Shown: in pieces, positions 59,052 through 64,000 of the stretch
Position numbering within the stretch: position 1 is the stretch's first letter
How the letters are laid out: every line of letters begins with the position of its first letter
NCBI GenBank assembly: GCA_965262715.1
Contig: OZ253553.1
Coordinates: 1,920,001-1,984,000, forward strand
Reading direction: 5' to 3'
Source: Bdellovibrionales bacterium
Lineage (GTDB): Bacteria > Bdellovibrionota > Bdellovibrionia > Bdellovibrionales > JAUICD01
Length of the DNA: 64,000 nt
Made by a program: the position numbers and the translations under genes
The notes under the pieces: generated by a model
What the model was told of the DNA's origin: nothing
Seen by the model: only the letters and a program-made list of their open reading frames with translations
Database searches by the model: none

Positions 59052-60344
59052 TTAAGAAAACAATGGATTAACCCAGATAGTACTTTTACGCTCTGGCCCT
59101 ACGCTTATAACGTCTATAGGGATTTCTAACTTATTTTCTAAAAAATCAATATAATACCGTGCATTAGAAGGTAGGTCTTCAATTTTTTTAGCTTTAGTGA
59201 TATCTTGTTCCCATCCAGGAAATGTTTTTAAATTTGGTTTAGCAGATTTTAGCATTTTATCAGAGAGAGGAAAGTTTGTAACTTCCTGACCATCTATAAG
59301 ATAACTTATCGCAATGGCAATTTCTTCTAACCCAGTTAGAACATCTAATTTCATTAGAGCTAAGCTGCTAATGCCATTAATGCGAATAGCATACTTTAAG
59401 GCCACAAGATCTAGCCAACCACATCTACGCTTCCGACCTGTTGTGGCACCATATTCTTCACCTTGCTTTTGTATAACACCTCCTAAATCATTTTCCAATT
59501 CTGTGGGGAAAGGACCATTTCCCACACGGCTACAATATGCTTTGGCAATACCTATAACCTTTTTGATAGATAAAGGTCCTATACCGGACCCAATACATGC
59601 AGATCCAGCCAAAGTAGAAGCACTCGTTACAAAAGGATATGTACCATGAAACAAATCCAATAAGGCACCTTGTGCTCCTTCATAAAGAATTTTATGATTT
59701 AATTTGCGGTGTTTATCTATAACATAAGACGTATCAGTAGATCTATAAGGCACTAACTCCTGCGCATAATTTAAAAGATCTTTATAAATGGTTTCTACAT
59801 CAAATTTGGGAAATGAGTAATATGATAGTAGATAGTTTTTCTCTTCTAAGCTTAAACTAAGCTTTTTCTTTAAAGTTTCAGGTTCAAAAATATCTCTGAA
59901 CAAAATAGCTCTTCTGGAAGCCCGATCTTCATAAGCTGGACCTATACCTTTTCCCGTTGTTCCAATTTTTCCATACTTTAATGTGGCTTCACGGGCAGTG
60001 TCTAGTGCCTTATGATAAGGCAAACTCAAAGTGGCATTATCAGAGATAAAAAGCTGTTTATCTTTCTTTAAAAATCCAACTTTTTTAAGGCTACGGATTT
60101 CTTGAGTGACAACTTCTAAGTCTAAAACAACACCTGCTGCAATAACACAAGCGCAAGAATCATGTAGAATGCCAGAAGGTAGAAGGTGTAAAATAGTTTT
60201 CCGTCCATCTATGACAAGTGTATGACCAGCATTTGCTCCTCCTTGATAACGAACAACTAAGTCTGCCTGTGCAGAAAATAAGTCTACAAGCTTACCTTTG
60301 CCTTCATCACCCCACTGAGACCCCACTACAATCACTTCTGACAT
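59052..60344 (-). CDS. purA: Adenylosuccinate synthetase
   Basis: GSQWGDEGKGK, QGGANAGHT, GTTGKGIGPAY, GATTGRKRRCGWLD. Confidence 0.97.
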   Translation of the reverse strand: MSEVIVVGSQWGDEGKGKLVDLFSAQADLVVRYQGGANAGHTLVIDGRKTILHLLPSGILHDSCACVIAAGVVLDLEVVTQEIRSLKKVGFLKKDKQLFISDNATLSLPYHKALDTAREATLKYGKIGTTGKGIGPAYEDRASRRAILFRDIFEPETLKKKLSLSLEEKNYLLSYYSFPKFDVETIYKDLLNYAQELVPYRSTDTSYVIDKHRKLNHKILYEGAQGALLDLFHGTYPFVTSASTLAGSACIGSGIGPLSIKKVIGIAKAYCSRVGNGPFPTELENDLGGVIQKQGEEYGATTGRKRRCGWLDLVALKYAIRINGISSLALMKLDVLTGLEEIAIAISYLIDGQEVTNFPLSDKMLKSAKPNLKTFPGWEQDITKAKKIEDLPSNARYYIDFLENKLEIPIDVISVGPERKSTIWVNPLFS

Positions 60345-60515
60345 TTTTATACCTTTCTATAAAAAACAAAGCTTTTAAAACATAGCCTATCTTATATAGT
60401 TTGTATCCTTTTAAAAAACAACACTTTAAAAGTCCTTTATCAATCAAAGTATCTATACAACTGAAAAAAAGACTTTCGCCTTATATTTACACAATACATT
60501 TCTTCCGAATGGAAC

Positions 60516-61841
60516 ATGGATAGGATACGTTTATTGAGGAAAAATAAAGTGTTAAGACAAAAGATCAATTACCTGGTTAAAAGGCTATTTCAAAGTGACT
60601 TATTCGGCAATTTGTCTCTTACGCCTAAAGTTATAAAAATTCTCTTACTGCTATCAATAACAAATCATCTATTTATCAGCTGTGGAGCTCAAAATGATGT
60701 TCCACGCGCAAATAATAATATGACGGGTGGCATCCCTACTAGTCAATATGAACAAGAAATTCAAAGGGATATACATCAGCTACGCAATACAAATCGTATT
60801 ATTTCTGCCAATTCTGATATAAGAGATATGACATGGCTCTTATCCTGGGGTGCAGATGGTGAAATATATATAGAAACAAGTACAAGCAGTGAAGATAAAG
60901 TTTATAACTTTGCAAATGCCATTAATAGAAATGGAGCTTTCATTGTAGCTTCTCAATCTGATTTGAATAACCCTGAAGATTTATCAGAAGATGAAACATT
61001 TAGAGTTTTAGAATTCGAACATTCTTCGAGAGAAGTTAAAGGAAGAATTTTACGTGCTAATAAGCAAACAATCATCCTTATGAAAGATGCGATCACATCT
61101 CAAACTGTATTTACAGAAAATACAGCACCAATAGAAGCTTTTTTTAAATTAACTTTTGCAAGAGCTGCACATTCTTATTCTATACATCCTAATAGTCAGA
61201 ATGCTGCAGTTATTGACCAGCTACTACAAAATAGACAAGCCTATGTCTTCATTTCAACTGTGTATTGGACAGATATCAATATGGGCACATCATTAAAGGG
61301 TTTAAATATTACACTTGATCATAATAATAATAATGGTAACAATTTTGGATTATCTAGAAATACACCTTATCCTAGGTCTAACACACCTACTTCCAACTTC
61401 AGATTAGATGGAAAAGTAGATGTAAGTATTGATTTATTATCTCTCACAGGAGGTGACGATTATAGCATTACAAATATCTTCTTTCAGCAATCAGCAAGAG
61501 AATTTCTAAACCCTTATCAAACCGAAAGGATTAGAGCGGTTTTAACTACGGATTCAGATACTTCAGATGATCAGGAATCTTCCAATTTGGGATCTATTTA
61601 TTTACGAAAAAAAACACTTAATCCACTCCATTTTGTTTTTGATATTTCAATCTCTCTATTGAGTACTTCAACCAATGCCACTTCAAATATCTCCAACCTT
61701 GTGTTTATAGATCCTTTTGAAGATGTGGGTATACAAAGAGACTTACTTTCCGAAATAGGTGTTAGAAAAGATAGAGGTATTCTCGGCAAGCTTAACCCCA
61801 TAAATTGGCTAAAAGGCCTAGGCCGTATTTTCGGAAGGTGA
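60516..61841 (+). CDS. Hypothetical protein, probable lipoprotein
   Basis: 441-aa ORF; FISC lipobox-like motif; start uncertain. Confidence 0.65.
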   Translation: MDRIRLLRKNKVLRQKINYLVKRLFQSDLFGNLSLTPKVIKILLLLSITNHLFISCGAQNDVPRANNNMTGGIPTSQYEQEIQRDIHQLRNTNRIISANSDIRDMTWLLSWGADGEIYIETSTSSEDKVYNFANAINRNGAFIVASQSDLNNPEDLSEDETFRVLEFEHSSREVKGRILRANKQTIILMKDAITSQTVFTENTAPIEAFFKLTFARAAHSYSIHPNSQNAAVIDQLLQNRQAYVFISTVYWTDINMGTSLKGLNITLDHNNNNGNNFGLSRNTPYPRSNTPTSNFRLDGKVDVSIDLLSLTGGDDYSITNIFFQQSAREFLNPYQTERIRAVLTTDSDTSDDQESSNLGSIYLRKKTLNPLHFVFDISISLLSTSTNATSNISNLVFIDPFEDVGIQRDLLSEIGVRKDRGILGKLNPINWLKGLGRIFGR

Positions 61842-62004
61842 TTGAAAGATTATTTTGTCCGGGAAACAAGCAGACAAGGCAAGCTGGCAATCAGTTGCCG
61901 GCAACTAAAACTCTGTAATCTGTTCTTGAGATATAAATCATGGTTTCATTTTTTAAGATGACTGATAACAGAAACAGCTTGCCTGATGTAAAGGATATTT
62001 TTTG

Positions 62005-62362
62005 AAAAAAATCTTTGGAACAATGATTTGATGTTTTAAGCCAGACCTCGAAGTCCTCGAGTGATCGCTTTGTTAGCGATCACTCTGCGGAAGATCTCGT
62101 CTTTGTCTTAAAACATCAAATCTTAAGTTGCTATTAAACGATTTAGTGTGATTTGTAGAGAGAGGAAGTAGGTAATAAGGAAAACGATTTCCTTAACATG
62201 ATGTAAATAAATGAGGGGAGTCTCCTTACTAAAATGCCTCATGCTTTCTAGGCATTGCCCTATTTGCCAAACGGCGTGAGCCAGTTTGGGGGCAATGCCA
62301 GAAAGTCGCCAGAAGCGAGAGGCATTTTAGTGATACAGAGACCAGTTCATTTTTAGGGAAAC
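62005..62362 (+). repeat. Structured repeat family A, composite copy overlapping the icd stop
   Basis: Palindrome at 62028-62119, core at 62191, GTGA-loop hairpin at 62245-62305. Confidence 0.85.
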
Positions 62363-64000
62363 CGCATCCCATCTATAATGTTATTAAAAGTAGGGCTTGG
62401 CCTTATAATCTGTGTCACTCGCTTTTCATCTGGATGATAATACCCTCCGATATCAACAGGTTTTCCCTGCTCATTATTGATTTCTGCTAAAATCTTTTCT
62501 TCATGATTCTTAAGTTGATTAGCTAAAAAAGAATACTTTTCTTGAACTTTTTTAAGGTAATGATATTGATCATTTTTTTTATCTGTTAATATTTTAAATT
62601 GTTCAGACAATCTTTCAACTATCGCCTCTGCCCAATAGAGAGCCCAATAAAAATGACTTCCACGGCTGTCTAATTCATGCACATAACGTGATGGAGATTT
62701 CTTTTCTTTTAAAAACCTTTCATTCGCCTTATTTAAAGCTTCAGACAAAATCTGAGCTTCTATTTTAAATTGAATAGATTTGTTTGATAAATCTTCTAGA
62801 GAAACAGCTAAAGCTAAAAATTCACCTAAAGAATCCCATCTTAAATGATTTTCTTTTAATAATTGATCAACATGTCTAGGAGCTGTACCACCAGAACCTG
62901 TTTCATAAAGACTTCCTCCTTTAAGAAGAGGAACAATAGACAACATTTTAGAGCTTGTTCCTATCTCTAAAATAGGAAAAAGATCCGTCAAGTAATCTCT
63001 AAGAACATTTCCAGTAACTGCAATGATTTCTTTTCCTGTTTTGACTTCGTGAAGAGTTAACTTCATAGCCTCTACTGGTGATAAAATGCGAATGTCTAAA
63101 CCATCTGTATCTTCATCTTTTATGAGGTGCTTAACTTTTTGAATCAAAACTCTATCATGAGCTCTATTGCTATCTAACCAAAAAACAGTTAATTGCCTTG
63201 TTATCTTTGATCTTTTTACAGCTAGCTTGACCCAATCACTGACTGCCTCATCTTTTGTTTGACACATTCTCCAAATATCATCTTTTTTCACATCATGCCC
63301 TAAAAGCACATTTCCATAATCATCTGTAATCTCTACCGTACCATTAGAAGGCATCATAAACGTCTTATCATGTGATCCATATTCTTGAGCCTTCTTGGCC
63401 ATTAATCCTATATTTGATACACTTCCCATCGTCCTTGGATCAAAAGCCCCATTTACTTTGCAAAATTCAATAACTTGCTGGTAAATACCTGCATAACTTC
63501 TATCAGGAATGAGCGCTTTCGTTGGATGAAGTTCACCATCTTTTCCCCACACTTTACCAGAAGACTTAATTATAGAAGGTATAGATGAATCAATAATCAC
63601 ATCATTTGGACTATGAAGACAAGTGATGCCCTTCTGAGAATTAACCATAGCTAAAGCAGGACGACTTTTATAACATTTTGCAAAAGCCTCTGTAATAACT
63701 TCTTTCAAAGGTGAAGAACTTATTTTTGAAAAAAGATCATTTAAACCATTACGAAAATTTACTCCTAGCTTATCTAAATCTTTGGCATGGCTACCTATAG
63801 CCTCTTTAAAATAAACCTTTATAGCTTCAGCAAAAATAACTGGATCAGAAACCTTCATCATCGTTGATTTGAGATGTAAAGAAAGAACAAGGTTCTTATT
63901 ATAAGCATCAGCAAATTCTTTCTCAAAAAATTCATTTAAATATCTTTTATTCATCACAGATGCATCAATAACTTCATTTTCTAAAACAGGAAAGGCGGGT
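62353..64000 (-). CDS. icd: Monomeric NADP-dependent isocitrate dehydrogenase (partial; 5' end beyond window)
   Basis: [59 protein letters not shown]. Confidence 0.96.
   Translation of the reverse strand, partial: PAFPVLENEVIDASVMNKRYLNEFFEKEFADAYNKNLVLSLHLKSTMMKVSDPVIFAEAIKVYFKEAIGSHAKDLDKLGVNFRNGLNDLFSKISSSPLKEVITEAFAKCYKSRPALAMVNSQKGITCLHSPNDVIIDSSIPSIIKSSGKVWGKDGELHPTKALIPDRSYAGIYQQVIEFCKVNGAFDPRTMGSVSNIGLMAKKAQEYGSHDKTFMMPSNGTVEITDDYGNVLLGHDVKKDDIWRMCQTKDEAVSDWVKLAVKRSKITRQLTVFWLDSNRAHDRVLIQKVKHLIKDEDTDGLDIRILSPVEAMKLTLHEVKTGKEIIAVTGNVLRDYLTDLFPILEIGTSSKMLSIVPLLKGGSLYETGSGGTAPRHVDQLLKENHLRWDSLGEFLALAVSLEDLSNKSIQFKIEAQILSEALNKANERFLKEKKSPSRYVHELDSRGSHFYWALYWAEAIVERLSEQFKILTDKKNDQYHYLKKVQEKYSFLANQLKNHEEKILAEINNEQGKPVDIGGYYHPDEKRVTQIIRPSPTFNNIIDGMRFP

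Noticed and set aside
1..64000. tRNA or rRNA genes
   Set aside because: None recognised by eye; a tRNAscan-SE or barrnap run would be needed to exclude them

Overview
AT-rich bacterial chromosome segment, probably from a Bdellovibrionota-like organism (inferred from FQNC-type lipoboxes and repeated sigma28-like promoters). The left ~8 kb is a defence island: an XRE-HTH/type I HsdM fusion with a palindromic operator, an intact-looking Avs4-like STAND nuclease, and decayed ATPase, helicase and IS30 fragments. The rest is housekeeping genes (topA, S41 protease, pccB, folC, mutL, murJ, rpsT, DEAD helicase, anmK, bamB, FKBP, HU/IHF, rpsP, khpA, purA, icd) mixed with orphan secreted or lipoprotein genes. 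Mobile DNA includes a group II intron, an IS256 and an IS1634 with a 92-bp flanking duplication. The most unusual signal is non-coding: a dispersed, modular repeat family with 12 copies of one core. Its hairpins differ in sequence but keep their pairing, often with GNRA loops. It forms a ~1.4-kb array at 55.2-56.6 kb and supplies the C-termini or stop codons of several genes, apparently truncating anmK. A second hairpin element is the intron insertion site, with an empty copy at 36.5 kb. All calls were made by eye; no database searches were run.
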